From Armatimonadota bacterium (GTDB lineage Bacteria > Armatimonadota > UBA5829 > DSUL01), in NCBI GenBank assembly GCA_039811685.1, contig JBDHZC010000001.1, positions 416,001 to 480,000 on the forward strand: a DNA stretch of 64,000 nucleotides, written 5' to 3'. Below the pieces are notes generated by a model. That model saw only the letters and a program-made list of their open reading frames with translations, did no database searches and was not told the DNA's origin. How positions within the stretch are numbered: position 1 is the stretch's first letter; each line of letters starts with the position of its first letter. This document shows positions 37,554-47,955 of this stretch, one piece after another. The position numbers were made by a program, and so were the translations under genes.

Positions 37554-38843
37554 GTGGCGACACTGATAATTGAGGGCGGTCAACGACTGTCCGGGGATGT
37601 CACGGCAAGCGGTAGTAAAAACGGGGCTCTGGCCCTAATGGCAGCCACGCTTCTTGTCGAGGGAGAGGTCGTTCTTCACAATCTGCCCCGAATCGGTGAC
37701 GTCCAGATTATGGTCGAGATGCTCCAGGCTCTGGGCGCTCGGGCAGAGCTCTCCTCCGACGGTGTGCTGAGCGTCAATGCTTCACAGATAACGGACAGTG
37801 AGGCTCCTGCCTCTCTTGTCAAACGTATGCGCGCTTCCTTTTCAGTCCTTGGACCTCTGCTTGCTCGCACAGGATTGGCGCGTGTGGCAATGCCGGGCGG
37901 CTGCAATATCGGATCCCGACCCATCGACTTTCACATTAAGGGCATTCAGTCACTGGGAGCTTCTGTCCGCAACGACCACGGGATCGTGGAAGCGCGCGCT
38001 GAGCGACTGACAGGCGCGCGCATTTATATGGCTTTTCCAAGCGCTGGCGCGACTCAGCAGATTATGACAGCCGCCTGCCTAGCAGACGGTGTTACGACCA
38101 TTGAGAATGCCGCCTGTGAACCTGAGATTGCGGACCTTGCCCTTTTCCTGAATCGCTGCGGAGCCAAAGTGCAGGGGGCCGGCACGAACACTGTACAGGT
38201 GGAAGGAGTCGAGCGGCTGACAGGTGTTGAGCACACGATCATCCCTGACCGCGTGGAAATAGGCACGTTCGCACTGGCGGCTGTAAACACGAATGGCGAG
38301 GTTTTTATAAGAAAAGCCGTTCCGGAGCATCTCACTGCTTTGACGCAGAAACTGCAGGAGATAGGGGCGATGACACAAGCGCTGGATGATGGGCTTTTCG
38401 TGGCGTGCAAACGTACGTGCGTTGGGACAGATATTGTCACGATGCCCCACCCCGGATTTGCCACAGACCTGCAGCAGCCAATGGGCGCTGTGCTCGCCAC
38501 TGCAGATGGCACTTCTATTATCACGGAGAAAGTCTACGAAAATCGCTTTAGATATCTGGATGAGCTGAAGAGAATGGGCGCTGACGCTCATACGGAAAAC
38601 CGCACAGCCATCATCCGAGGAGTACCGCGCCTGCACGGAGCCGCCGTCACAGCCTGCGATCTGCGCGCCGGGGCGGCGCTGACTATTGCCGCTCTGGGAG
38701 CGGAGGGCATTACAGAGATTTCCGATGTTGAACACATCCACCGCGGCTACGAAAACCTGGACGGGAAGCTGAATGCGCTGGGCGCCAGAGTCCTTTCTGG
38801 CGATGCCAGTACGATGAGCGAGGTCCTTGCTTGTTTGGAATGA
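37554..38843 (+). CDS. murA: UDP-N-acetylglucosamine 1-carboxyvinyltransferase
   Basis: [19 protein letters not shown] (Cys form), [29 protein letters not shown] 37554 after GGAGG. Confidence 0.97.
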   Translation: MATLIIEGGQRLSGDVTASGSKNGALALMAATLLVEGEVVLHNLPRIGDVQIMVEMLQALGARAELSSDGVLSVNASQITDSEAPASLVKRMRASFSVLGPLLARTGLARVAMPGGCNIGSRPIDFHIKGIQSLGASVRNDHGIVEARAERLTGARIYMAFPSAGATQQIMTAACLADGVTTIENAACEPEIADLALFLNRCGAKVQGAGTNTVQVEGVERLTGVEHTIIPDRVEIGTFALAAVNTNGEVFIRKAVPEHLTALTQKLQEIGAMTQALDDGLFVACKRTCVGTDIVTMPHPGFATDLQQPMGAVLATADGTSIITEKVYENRFRYLDELKRMGADAHTENRTAIIRGVPRLHGAAVTACDLRAGAALTIAALGAEGITEISDVEHIHRGYENLDGKLNALGARVLSGDASTMSEVLACLE

Positions 38844-39838
38844 CCGCCGATCTCGGGATCGATCTCGGGACTGCTAATATTATCGTCTTCCGAAAAGGCA
38901 AGGGAATTGTTCTGAGAGAGCCGTCCGTTGTTGCGATCTCCACCACAAATAACAAAATTCGCGCCGTTGGTGAGGAGGCGCGATTGATGCTTGGTCGAAC
39001 GCCGGGGAACATCGTGGCAGTTCGTCCCCTTTCTGACGGGGTCATCGCAGACTACACGACGACAGAGAAGATGCTGGAATACATACTGGCGAAGGTGTGT
39101 GGCCGCCGCAGAGTCTTCAAGCCGCGCGTCCTGGTGTCAGTGCCCTCAGGCGTCACGAATGTTGAGAAGCGCGCGGTAATCCAGGCCGCCAGGGCAGCCG
39201 GCGCTTCCGAAGCTTTCACCATTGAAGAGCCTATGGCGGCCGCAATCGGCGCTGGACTGCCCATCGCAATGCCCGGCGGAAACATGGTTGTGGACATAGG
39301 CGGCGGGACTACGGGCATAGCCGTCATCTCACTTGAAGGGATTGTCGTCAGCAATTCTCTTCGCGTCGGTGGCAACAAAATTGACGAAGTCATCACCAGA
39401 CACATCAAGAACAGTTACAACTTGATGATTGGCGACCGCACTGCCGAAGAGATCAAGATGAAAGTTGGATCTGCCTTCCCTCTAGAGCCCGAGGTGCGAA
39501 TGGAGGTGCGCGGACGAGACCTTGTGGCCGGACTGCCAAAAACTGTGGAGGTCACGAGCGAAGAAATTCGCTCCGCAATGGCAGAGCCTGTCACCCTGAT
39601 TGTGGAGCGCGTGAAGGCGACTCTTGAGCAGACCCCGCCGGAGCTGGCTTCTGATATCATAGAACGCGGCGTTATGCTGACTGGCGGAGGCGCTCTGGTG
39701 AGAGGGCTTGACCGCCTGCTTTCGCTTGAAACGAACATACCGGTGCATGTCGCCGATGACCCTCTGACCTGCGTGGCGCTTGGCACCGGGCGAGCGCTTG
39801 AGGAGATGCGGGTCATTCGCGACAGCGAAGTCGCGTAA
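38831..39838 (+). CDS. mreB: Rod shape-determining actin homolog (MreB/Mbl)
   Basis: [40 protein letters not shown]; no mreCD follows, so Mbl-like context. Confidence 0.95.
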   Translation: MFGMTADLGIDLGTANIIVFRKGKGIVLREPSVVAISTTNNKIRAVGEEARLMLGRTPGNIVAVRPLSDGVIADYTTTEKMLEYILAKVCGRRRVFKPRVLVSVPSGVTNVEKRAVIQAARAAGASEAFTIEEPMAAAIGAGLPIAMPGGNMVVDIGGGTTGIAVISLEGIVVSNSLRVGGNKIDEVITRHIKNSYNLMIGDRTAEEIKMKVGSAFPLEPEVRMEVRGRDLVAGLPKTVEVTSEEIRSAMAEPVTLIVERVKATLEQTPPELASDIIERGVMLTGGGALVRGLDRLLSLETNIPVHVADDPLTCVALGTGRALEEMRVIRDSEVA

Positions 39839-39881
39839 AGTCGTCTCAGCTTGTCACTCTCACCCAAAGGAGCCTTACGAC

Positions 39882-40436
39882 GTGCGCCGAATGTTGCTCA
39901 CCCTTTTTTGCCTTCTGATTTTCTCATCTGCTTCAGTGCTGGCCGACCAGACTCCCACCGATACGCCGGCGCGAGACGCTCATGCTGACGCGATCAGGGA
40001 GCTTCAGGACATGGGCATCCTGATGCCACTTCCAGAAGAGTCCTATCGCGCAGATTATCCTGTTACGCGACAGGAGCTCGCTGTGGTCGTGAGGCGTATG
40101 ATGGAGTACTACGAGGCCTCACTGCCGTCGTCAATAAAATCAGCTCTGACCCCCAACGTCTCCAGGGATGACAAATCCACAGAGACCTCAGCGGAAAACC
40201 CGAAAGGGCCGCCACAGAGCGCACCGGCCTGGCTGCAGTCCAAAGGTGTCCAAGTTCCGTCCGCGATCTTGACCTCGCCTGACAAACCAGCCACGGCACA
40301 AGACGTTGCCACCGTCCTGGCATCCGCATTCACCCGCCTCATCGAGGCTGCATCTCCAGGGTACGGGGAAGAATTGCAGGCTGACGCAGAAGGCCACCGC
40401 GCTTCCGCTCTGAAAACCCCGTCACAATCACAGTAG
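39882..40436 (+). CDS. Secreted S-layer-homology (SLH) domain protein
   Basis: Signal peptide; DAIREL..MGIL...YRADYPVTRQELAVVV SLH-like motif; AAGGAG SD. Confidence 0.72.
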   Translation: MRRMLLTLFCLLIFSSASVLADQTPTDTPARDAHADAIRELQDMGILMPLPEESYRADYPVTRQELAVVVRRMMEYYEASLPSSIKSALTPNVSRDDKSTETSAENPKGPPQSAPAWLQSKGVQVPSAILTSPDKPATAQDVATVLASAFTRLIEAASPGYGEELQADAEGHRASALKTPSQSQ

Positions 40437-40571
40437 TCCCCACCGGCAAAGCAACGTATACTGAAGGGTAGCCTCCGGCGCAGTTGCACCGATCACGCGC
40501 AGCGGAGCCACCACACTGTCTCGCCTCGATATCACTCCACAGTTCTGGTTCAGGCGTTCAAAGGAGACGGG

Positions 40572-42491
40572 ATGCTCTCTCACAAGCAGATTTTAACCTG
40601 GATCGCAGCCACAACGGTCATTCTTGCAGGTACGAAGGCTACCGGATGGACAGCGACTGGCACGCCTTTCGTCGTGGGAACGGGTCTCAAGAATCCGATT
40701 CCGTGGCACGTGTTTTATCCAACCATACTTGTGACGGTGGACCCGAGTGCTGGAATGCGGGACTGCTACTTCCAGAATGCCTTCACCAAAGCTATCAGCC
40801 CCATGACTAGAACCGGACCCATTCCAGGTGCGTGGGAAGCTTATGGCTCTTATCAGAAGTGGCTGCTGTATCTTGACCCGACGATAGCCCTGCCACGGCT
40901 GATGAGCCATGATGTCGACAGTGGGCCAAACTACACAGCAGCCTATTCGTCGTACAAGCAAGTGGGCTGCGGTATGTCGGCCAACCGCATGATCTATGGT
41001 CAATACCGCGCCAATTCCGTGAACGGCATCTATCCGGTGGACCTCAACTTCTACAACGTCCAGACTGGCGCCAACACCCCGCACGTCGTCAGCGATTCTG
41101 AGAAGATGCAGTTTTCGCACGACGGGACAACTCTGGTCTACCGGGCTGTATTCGGCGGACAAAGTGGCAAAATATACGGCGTTCTGTTCAGCGGAGGGCC
41201 TGAGTTTCTGGTATCGGACCACGACGGTTATGCGCCCTCCATTTCAGGCAATCTGGCTGCCTGGTATGAACCCAGCGGCGGAGGTTTCAACATTCTGGCC
41301 AAAGATTTGTCCACAGGAGAGACACGGACTGTGGCTTTCACGACGGCCAATCCACCGCGTCCAAGCTGCGCCAACGGGACAATTCTCTGGGAAGATGCGC
41401 GTAATCAGGGGTCCAGTGGCATTGACATCTATGGGTATGACTGGGCAAGCGCTTCTGAGTTTCCCGTAACGACAGCAGCGGGCAATCAGTTGAATCTTAT
41501 AGCGGGTGACGATCTGGTGGTCTGGACCAGCGGATCAGGCAACAACCAAACGCTGCATGCTGCCAAGATAGTGCAACCCGTGACGATTGCTGATTTTCGA
41601 GCGATCTCAGTTACACAAAACACCGTAACACTTGCATGGACGTCTTCCGGTTTTGCCAACAACCCGCCTACCGCCTATGAGCTGAGAATGCGTACTGATG
41701 GCCCTGTCACGGAGGCAAACTGGGCGAGCTCAACAGTTGTCGCAGGCCTGCCATCGCCTGGCGCTCCCGGACAACCTGAGAGCTTCCAGGTGGCAGGATT
41801 GTCCGCGGGCTATCACTACTTTGCGCTGAAGGAGCGATTACAGGACCTGTCGTACTCACAACTCTCGACATCAGTGAAAGCTTACTGCTCCGCACAGCCG
41901 GAGGCGATGGAAGCGTCAGAGGGATCTTATATCTCGATTGCGGGTGTAGTCGAAGCGGTTGGAGCTGACGGCGCGGTGTACGTTCAAAGAGACAACGCGG
42001 CGTCTGCACTTAAAGTTGGATTGTTGACAGGACAAATACCACCGCCCGCCGGACGAAACGTCATCGTAACGGGCAGGCTGGAGCAAGATTCTGTTTTCTA
42101 CGGGCCTTATCTGAATGCCTCAACGGTGTCGGACATGGTGAATAACTCAACCGTTCGCACTTATACAATGAACCAGCATACCCTGGGGGGAAATGACTCT
42201 CGATTTGGAGGGACCGCTGAAGGAGGTCTGTCAAATATCTGGCTCAGTGTAAGGATCGCCGGGCGCGTCTGGGGCATCAGCTCCTCCGGAAATACGTGGA
42301 GCTTCTACCTTCAAGACGGGTCACGTCCCCTGGACAATAGCGGTCAGGGTGTGCTGGTCGTCACATGCTTTTCTCCTCCACCTGGGTTGGTAGACGGGTC
42401 GTTTGCGACAGTCGAGGGAATCTCCCAGCTTGCCCGCTCGGGAGGCCGTCGAATTGAAGTTACAGACCCGGGCGGCGTCGTGGTGCACTGA
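40572..42491 (+). CDS. Secreted protein: beta-propeller-like repeats + Fn3-like domain + two-repeat C-terminal domain
   Basis: Signal peptide; PSISGNLAAW / WEDARN...DIYGYD...EFPVTTA.GNQ repeats; VTLAWT...YELR...YHYFALK Fn3-like module. Confidence 0.7.
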   Translation: MLSHKQILTWIAATTVILAGTKATGWTATGTPFVVGTGLKNPIPWHVFYPTILVTVDPSAGMRDCYFQNAFTKAISPMTRTGPIPGAWEAYGSYQKWLLYLDPTIALPRLMSHDVDSGPNYTAAYSSYKQVGCGMSANRMIYGQYRANSVNGIYPVDLNFYNVQTGANTPHVVSDSEKMQFSHDGTTLVYRAVFGGQSGKIYGVLFSGGPEFLVSDHDGYAPSISGNLAAWYEPSGGGFNILAKDLSTGETRTVAFTTANPPRPSCANGTILWEDARNQGSSGIDIYGYDWASASEFPVTTAAGNQLNLIAGDDLVVWTSGSGNNQTLHAAKIVQPVTIADFRAISVTQNTVTLAWTSSGFANNPPTAYELRMRTDGPVTEANWASSTVVAGLPSPGAPGQPESFQVAGLSAGYHYFALKERLQDLSYSQLSTSVKAYCSAQPEAMEASEGSYISIAGVVEAVGADGAVYVQRDNAASALKVGLLTGQIPPPAGRNVIVTGRLEQDSVFYGPYLNASTVSDMVNNSTVRTYTMNQHTLGGNDSRFGGTAEGGLSNIWLSVRIAGRVWGISSSGNTWSFYLQDGSRPLDNSGQGVLVVTCFSPPPGLVDGSFATVEGISQLARSGGRRIEVTDPGGVVVH

Positions 42492-42583
42492 GCTTTCTTC
42501 GAATGGATTCCGAGACGCGCAAGTCCGAATTGACCTGCTCAATCGCGCTCTTTTGCGCGGAATCGCTTACTGCCGTCCCGTAC

Positions 42584-44404
42584 TCAGCGCTGAATTGGAG
42601 GCTGAAAGGCTGCGATTGACGGCTGGGTGTAGCGTGGAGTCGTAATCGGTCCCTCATCGCTGACCAATGGACTGAGAATCGGGTCTGAATAGATGTCCGC
42701 CAGATCTGCCGGCTCTCGGTCAATCAGCGCCCGCCGCTGAATAAGGCGCGTGCCGTGGCTGTAGTCAACATAGGTGTCACGGTGGATATTAGTGAGCGGT
42801 TGTATCGGGACGCCATTTGGCCTGTGCCAGCCGTAGATCGCGACCTTATGGGGTTTCTGTTTCAAGATATTGCTGATGACGATATCTTTTTTTTGTCCTG
42901 CACTGAGCAGACGAGAGTCTGTACCCACAAGCTGCCCATCCACTATCCGGCTGTGCTGGACGATGGTAACAAGAGCTTCACGATCCTGTGTCAAAGGATG
43001 CGGGACGACCTTACGCACCGCATTCTGCCAGATGATATCGCTGAGGCGCGTGGTTGGCAGAATGCAGTCGAATAAATCCGCGATCTGTTGAGCCGACATA
43101 GGTGTCAGGCAGACTCTGACGAAATCGCTGTCATTCCCAACGCTGAGATAATCTGACATCGCTTCAAGAGTTACTTCATGCTCTCTGCCTCGCGCATCCC
43201 GAGCTACATAGGTCACAGGCTGAAAGTTGCGGCAGAAAGAAGGAACGTTTCCCTCGGCAATCTGAGCCAGGATAGCGCTCTCGTACTCAGCCTGAGATTT
43301 GCCCGCGAAAGACGCAAACACGGCTGAGCCGCCAGCGGCATCCGGACTTCCGCTGGGAATACACGGAGCGTCTGGCGCACCAGGTGAGACGAAGCTGCCG
43401 TAGGCCCGCGGTCCGCCAAACACACCCCACTCCGCTTCAAGACCTGTCCCTACGGTCATAGCCTGCAGAAAGCCATTCATCTCACCGACGAGCGCTGTAT
43501 GAAGTATCTTGTTGTCTGGATTGGCATGGACAAACATTTGTAGCTGTCCGTTCAGCGCCTCAGAATGTGCAAAAGGGCCTTGGGAAAGTGCTTGCAGGCG
43601 CAAGTCTGCGTCCCCTTCAAAGCGTCTAAGCATCCGCATGCTCGCGCGGTATGTCCCGCCCGTCGCCGAGACCACCTTCTTACCGTTGATCTTGATGTTG
43701 CGATCATCGTAAGCGATAACAACCAGCCTATGTCGCGCGCTTTCCTTCAACCACCTGATCAGCTTATCCCCGTGCCCCTCAGCATCGCTGTAGCTGTAGT
43801 TGGCATCCAGAAATGCTATATCGGACACCCAGTCTGGAATGTCCGTTGAGCTGTTGACGAACGCAAAGAGAAAGCTGCCACCTCCGCTGTGGCCGGTAAG
43901 AGCCACGTCAATCCGCTTGCCAGGCGTCATGTCTCGCAAAGACAGAACCAGGCTGCGCACTAAGTCCGAAGCATTTGCATGCGTTGCGCGCCACGACGGC
44001 CAGCTCAAGCCCTCAGCTTCCGCGCAGGCGAGCACGATATTGGTCTGCGGCATCCGTTTGCGAAAGACTCTCGTCTGAGCCGCTATATGCTGAATGTCGA
44101 AATGCCAGTTCTTACCCGGAGTCATCTCCGCACCCAACGACTGCTCGATGGTGTTCCCGTTCGGGGTGGCAAAGACAATGAGGAGTGTGGAACGCGTTGC
44201 ATCAATCGCCCATGGCGCCATTACCAGAGCTCGAATTCCCTCCGCAGTGCGTATTTCTCGACACTGTTCATCAAAAGGTGGAGAATACCGAAAGCCTGGC
44301 AGCAGCGCACACCGCGCAGGACACGACAACAGCGCGGCAGCACTCAAGCCTATCAGCGCAAGTGAAGTGAAGCGCCCCAATGCGAACGGCAATGTCCCGG
44401 TCAT
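42584..44404 (-). CDS. Secreted two-domain hypothetical protein (alpha/beta-hydrolase-like + unknown domain)
   Basis: Signal peptide; LTGHSGGG nucleophile elbow; C-terminal AGQKKD...AIYGWH...IQPL...YVDYSHG. Confidence 0.6.
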   Translation of the reverse strand: MTGTLPFALGRFTSLALIGLSAAALLSCPARCALLPGFRYSPPFDEQCREIRTAEGIRALVMAPWAIDATRSTLLIVFATPNGNTIEQSLGAEMTPGKNWHFDIQHIAAQTRVFRKRMPQTNIVLACAEAEGLSWPSWRATHANASDLVRSLVLSLRDMTPGKRIDVALTGHSGGGSFLFAFVNSSTDIPDWVSDIAFLDANYSYSDAEGHGDKLIRWLKESARHRLVVIAYDDRNIKINGKKVVSATGGTYRASMRMLRRFEGDADLRLQALSQGPFAHSEALNGQLQMFVHANPDNKILHTALVGEMNGFLQAMTVGTGLEAEWGVFGGPRAYGSFVSPGAPDAPCIPSGSPDAAGGSAVFASFAGKSQAEYESAILAQIAEGNVPSFCRNFQPVTYVARDARGREHEVTLEAMSDYLSVGNDSDFVRVCLTPMSAQQIADLFDCILPTTRLSDIIWQNAVRKVVPHPLTQDREALVTIVQHSRIVDGQLVGTDSRLLSAGQKKDIVISNILKQKPHKVAIYGWHRPNGVPIQPLTNIHRDTYVDYSHGTRLIQRRALIDREPADLADIYSDPILSPLVSDEGPITTPRYTQPSIAAFQPPIQR

Positions 44405-44491
44405 ATCACTTTCTTTCCTCCCGCACGGTCTGTATCCTGCATAAGACCGGTAGTAGCCTCCGGCGGCCGCTTTTTGGTAATCTCTAGAGCA

Positions 44492-46378
44492 ATGGAAACC
44501 AGACCCCCTACCAACCTACAGATATTCGAGCTTCCGGCAAAGCCAATGCTGCCCTCAGATATCCTGCGCATTCTAAGAAGTGGCTCTCCGGCTTTCGACA
44601 GCTATCTCGGAACAGAGATTTATGCGAACACAGATCCTGCGTACATGGCCCAGCAGAGGAACAGACTGGCCGAAACTGTCGAGGCGCACGCTTCCCGGGT
44701 CGGCGAGCGTCCAACAGTACTGCTTCGGGCTCCCGGACGTCTGAATGCTTTCCTGGAATATCTGGATATGTGTGCCGGTGACCACATGTCCACAACGATC
44801 GATGGAGATATTCCTGTTGCGGTATCAGTCCGGGAAGACGCAGTTCTCAGCGTCGCCAACTCCAACTCCCTGTTCCCATCCGAAGAAGTCTCCTTGCTCA
44901 GTGAATTCCAACGATTCAGCTCCGCATCATGGCGCAGGTATGCTCAAGATTTAGAAGACAACTGGGACAATCGTTCCCTAGTGTACCCTCATCACGGAAG
45001 GCCACAGGGAAACTGGTTGAATTATGTCCTGAGCCCCTTTATGCGTGTTCTATGGGATTTGCGGGACGTGAATATTCGCGGAGCTGACATGACGTTCGGG
45101 CAGGCGACCGCGCCGTTTCGTGCGGGCACAAGCTCATCATCCGCGCTGGTTGTCCTTTCATTCCTTGCTCTATTCCTGGCTAATAGAGATCGCCTTCCGA
45201 GCTGGTCGATTCCCGACGTCTGCCGGATTTTGGGGGAAGCGGAATGGTATGTTGGAACACACGGTGGAGCTAACGACCAGATGACCATCCTGCGCAATCC
45301 AGTGAATAGCGTTGTTTACAACAGGCATTCTCAGCCGGGGCTGGATTCGACACCGCTGCCATTCGTGCGTGGTGTTCACGTGGTCCTGGCAAACTCCCTC
45401 TGGGAGGTGAACAAGACGCTTGGCGGAAATCAGAGCTTCAATATGCGCAAAGGCTGGATGCAGATGGGTGATGACTTGATGAAACTAATCATCCAGGCCG
45501 CTACCCAGACGATAGCGCAAGGAGGCCACCGGGAGAGTGGGTGGCTGGCAGAGTTGATGCGGGAGCGCTTTGGGCTGGAGACCGGAGAGAACGCCCAAGA
45601 GCTTGAAGAACACCCGCAGTACTGGAAGGCTCTGGAACAGAATTACCGGCTGTTTGGCAGTCTTCACGAAGACCTGCTTGGTATCCCGGACTCTGCGATT
45701 TCAGAGTTGATTATGCTCCTCCCTGTGAAAATTACGCCTGCTGACGCAGGCCGAATTTTGGGTAAAGATCCAAAGACTATTGAAAGACTGTACACCCGGC
45801 CCAGGCGCAAAATCGGTGGGTACCATATTCGTACGACGGCGCGCTTTTTCTACCGTGAGAACCAGATTGGCCGAACGCTAGAGAACATCTTCGTTGAGGC
45901 AGAAAAACGGGTAGCAAGCGGACAGCTCAGTGTGGATTCTGCAGAGTACGACCGCTACCGCCTGCGCGTCGGCGAGATGGTGGACGAACTTCAAGACGCC
46001 TTGTCCTTCGATTTTCGCGTATCGAACCCGCAGCTTGATTTGCTGCTGACTGTTGCCAGACGTGGACCTGGCTACCTGGGTGGAAAGCTGACCGGGGCAG
46101 GCAAAGGCGGATGTGTGTCTATTCTTGTGCGTGACAACTGCTCCGCAGCTATGTGCGAATATCTGGATAAGGAGTACTACAGGCGGCCTGAGCGCTTCGA
46201 AGTCTACCGTCAGGTGCTTCAGGATGAACGCAAGGTACATAAGGAGGGCTCAGTGGAGTATGAGTCCGCGCAGGAGCGTCTGGACATTCTGGAAGCGGCG
46301 CTTGCCTCTATTGAATCCCAGCGCCGTGTTATCACCTTCAGCCGCGGCGCTTGCGCTCTTGACTTCTCCCGTGCCTAG
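44492..46378 (+). CDS. Divergent galactokinase-like GHMP kinase
   Basis: RAPGRLN, P.RAGTSSSSAL, GANDQ, GGKLTGAGKGGC; about 630 aa. Confidence 0.8.
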   Translation: METRPPTNLQIFELPAKPMLPSDILRILRSGSPAFDSYLGTEIYANTDPAYMAQQRNRLAETVEAHASRVGERPTVLLRAPGRLNAFLEYLDMCAGDHMSTTIDGDIPVAVSVREDAVLSVANSNSLFPSEEVSLLSEFQRFSSASWRRYAQDLEDNWDNRSLVYPHHGRPQGNWLNYVLSPFMRVLWDLRDVNIRGADMTFGQATAPFRAGTSSSSALVVLSFLALFLANRDRLPSWSIPDVCRILGEAEWYVGTHGGANDQMTILRNPVNSVVYNRHSQPGLDSTPLPFVRGVHVVLANSLWEVNKTLGGNQSFNMRKGWMQMGDDLMKLIIQAATQTIAQGGHRESGWLAELMRERFGLETGENAQELEEHPQYWKALEQNYRLFGSLHEDLLGIPDSAISELIMLLPVKITPADAGRILGKDPKTIERLYTRPRRKIGGYHIRTTARFFYRENQIGRTLENIFVEAEKRVASGQLSVDSAEYDRYRLRVGEMVDELQDALSFDFRVSNPQLDLLLTVARRGPGYLGGKLTGAGKGGCVSILVRDNCSAAMCEYLDKEYYRRPERFEVYRQVLQDERKVHKEGSVEYESAQERLDILEAALASIESQRRVITFSRGACALDFSRA

Positions 46379-46468
46379 AACGTCGAACTTCGGCCGCGAG
46401 TCCGATCTCAAAATTAGTCACGGCAGACACTTCCGCAAAGTACACCGTTGGGAAACAACTCTGACACT

Positions 46469-47929
46469 ATGGCTAAGTCAAGCATCAAACTAAATCGCCT
46501 TCCGCACCGGATCACACCGAACCCAGGGCGCGTCATTACCCGCTTTTTTGGCGCGGATGAAGCCAGTAACCAGCGCCGAATTCAGCGTATTCTCGGTACT
46601 CCAGAATCCCGCGTGGACGATCTCCTCGAGACCCTGCGAGCGAGCTACACGGCGACCCACCCGGATATTGATGAGATCTGGCTGGAAAACTACAATCAAG
46701 TCAAGAGCTACGTGCCTTCTGGCAGCAAACCCGATGACAGACGAAAAAAGCTCATCGGCGCGTACTTCACGATGGAGTACGCCATCGAAGCCGCAGCTCT
46801 ATTCAATCCGTCTATCATTCCGGCCATCGACCAGAGCAATCTCCCTGAAGGCTCAACGCGGTTTCTTATGAGCCTGCGCGCCACGGGCGAAGGGCACCTC
46901 TCGTCCGTTGTCTTTCGGATGGGAGTGATTGACCAGGACAACAACATTATTATCGAGGAACCCAGCCTCGTCTGTCGCAGATCCCAGATTGAGCCGAACG
47001 GAGAGTTCGACACGGAGTTTTTCCGGCAGGCCCTGGTGGACCTGGACGCGCTGGGCTCACTGGAGAAAACAGTCCTGGATAGCCTGGGCCCAACCTTCAG
47101 CCTGAAAGAGCTGCACACAAAGCTGCAGAGCCTGCGCAAATCCGGCGCGTGTCTGTCAACCTGGAAGGCAGCCAGGGAAAACATGATGACCCTGGCGGCA
47201 TCCAACTACGTCATCCGCATTCCGTCAGATACGCTTGCCTCTGAGGTTGTCATTTTCCCGGTTTCTGAACGCGAAAGCCACGGCATAGAAGACCTTCGCC
47301 TTGTACGTTTTACAGATGACGATGGATCGAAGCGTATTTACGGCACTTACACTGCCTACAACGGCATGACAGGGTTTCCGTCGCTGTTTATCACGAGCAA
47401 TTTCACGGAGATTGAAAGCCACAGCATGGCTGGCGCATATTCCAGAAATAAAGGTATGGCCCTCTTTCCGCGGCGCATCAATGGAAAGTACGTCATGTCC
47501 GGGCGTCTGGACGGGGAAAACCTCTTCATTATGGACTCCGATTCGCCGCTGGTGTGGACAAATGCGCGTCCGTCTGAGGAGCCGATGTTCTGGTGGGAGT
47601 ACTCGATCATTGGCAATTGCGGGTCTCCCGTTGAAACGCCCGAAGGATGGTTGATGCTGACCCACGGAGTGGGTCCAATGCGGCAGTACAGCATCGGTGC
47701 GGCGCTCTTGGACCTGGACGACCCCGCTCGTGTCATCGCCCGCTCAGAAGAGCCGCTGATTATTCCTTCGGACGAGGACCGCCGCGGCTACGTCCCGAAT
47801 GTTGTCTACACCTGCGGCTCAATGCTGCATAACGACGTGATGATCATTCCCTACGCAGTGAGTGATTTTGCCACCACCTTCGCCTGTGTGCCGCTGGACG
47901 ACCTGATATCAGGGCTAAAGAGACTCTAG
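46469..47929 (+). CDS. GH130-family glycosidase/phosphorylase (long form)
   Basis: AALFNPS, GIEDLR, YGTYTAY.G, NKGMALFPR.I.G, IGNCGSP, GWL.LTHGV, GYVPNVVY.CG. Confidence 0.9.
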   Translation: MAKSSIKLNRLPHRITPNPGRVITRFFGADEASNQRRIQRILGTPESRVDDLLETLRASYTATHPDIDEIWLENYNQVKSYVPSGSKPDDRRKKLIGAYFTMEYAIEAAALFNPSIIPAIDQSNLPEGSTRFLMSLRATGEGHLSSVVFRMGVIDQDNNIIIEEPSLVCRRSQIEPNGEFDTEFFRQALVDLDALGSLEKTVLDSLGPTFSLKELHTKLQSLRKSGACLSTWKAARENMMTLAASNYVIRIPSDTLASEVVIFPVSERESHGIEDLRLVRFTDDDGSKRIYGTYTAYNGMTGFPSLFITSNFTEIESHSMAGAYSRNKGMALFPRRINGKYVMSGRLDGENLFIMDSDSPLVWTNARPSEEPMFWWEYSIIGNCGSPVETPEGWLMLTHGVGPMRQYSIGAALLDLDDPARVIARSEEPLIIPSDEDRRGYVPNVVYTCGSMLHNDVMIIPYAVSDFATTFACVPLDDLISGLKRL

Positions 47930-47955
47930 CCTACACAGAAGCGCGCATTGTCTCC

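Noticed and set aside
44452..44466. 13-mer GTAGCCTCCGGCG shared with 40468-40480
   Set aside because: A single short match with unrelated flanks, compatible with chance.
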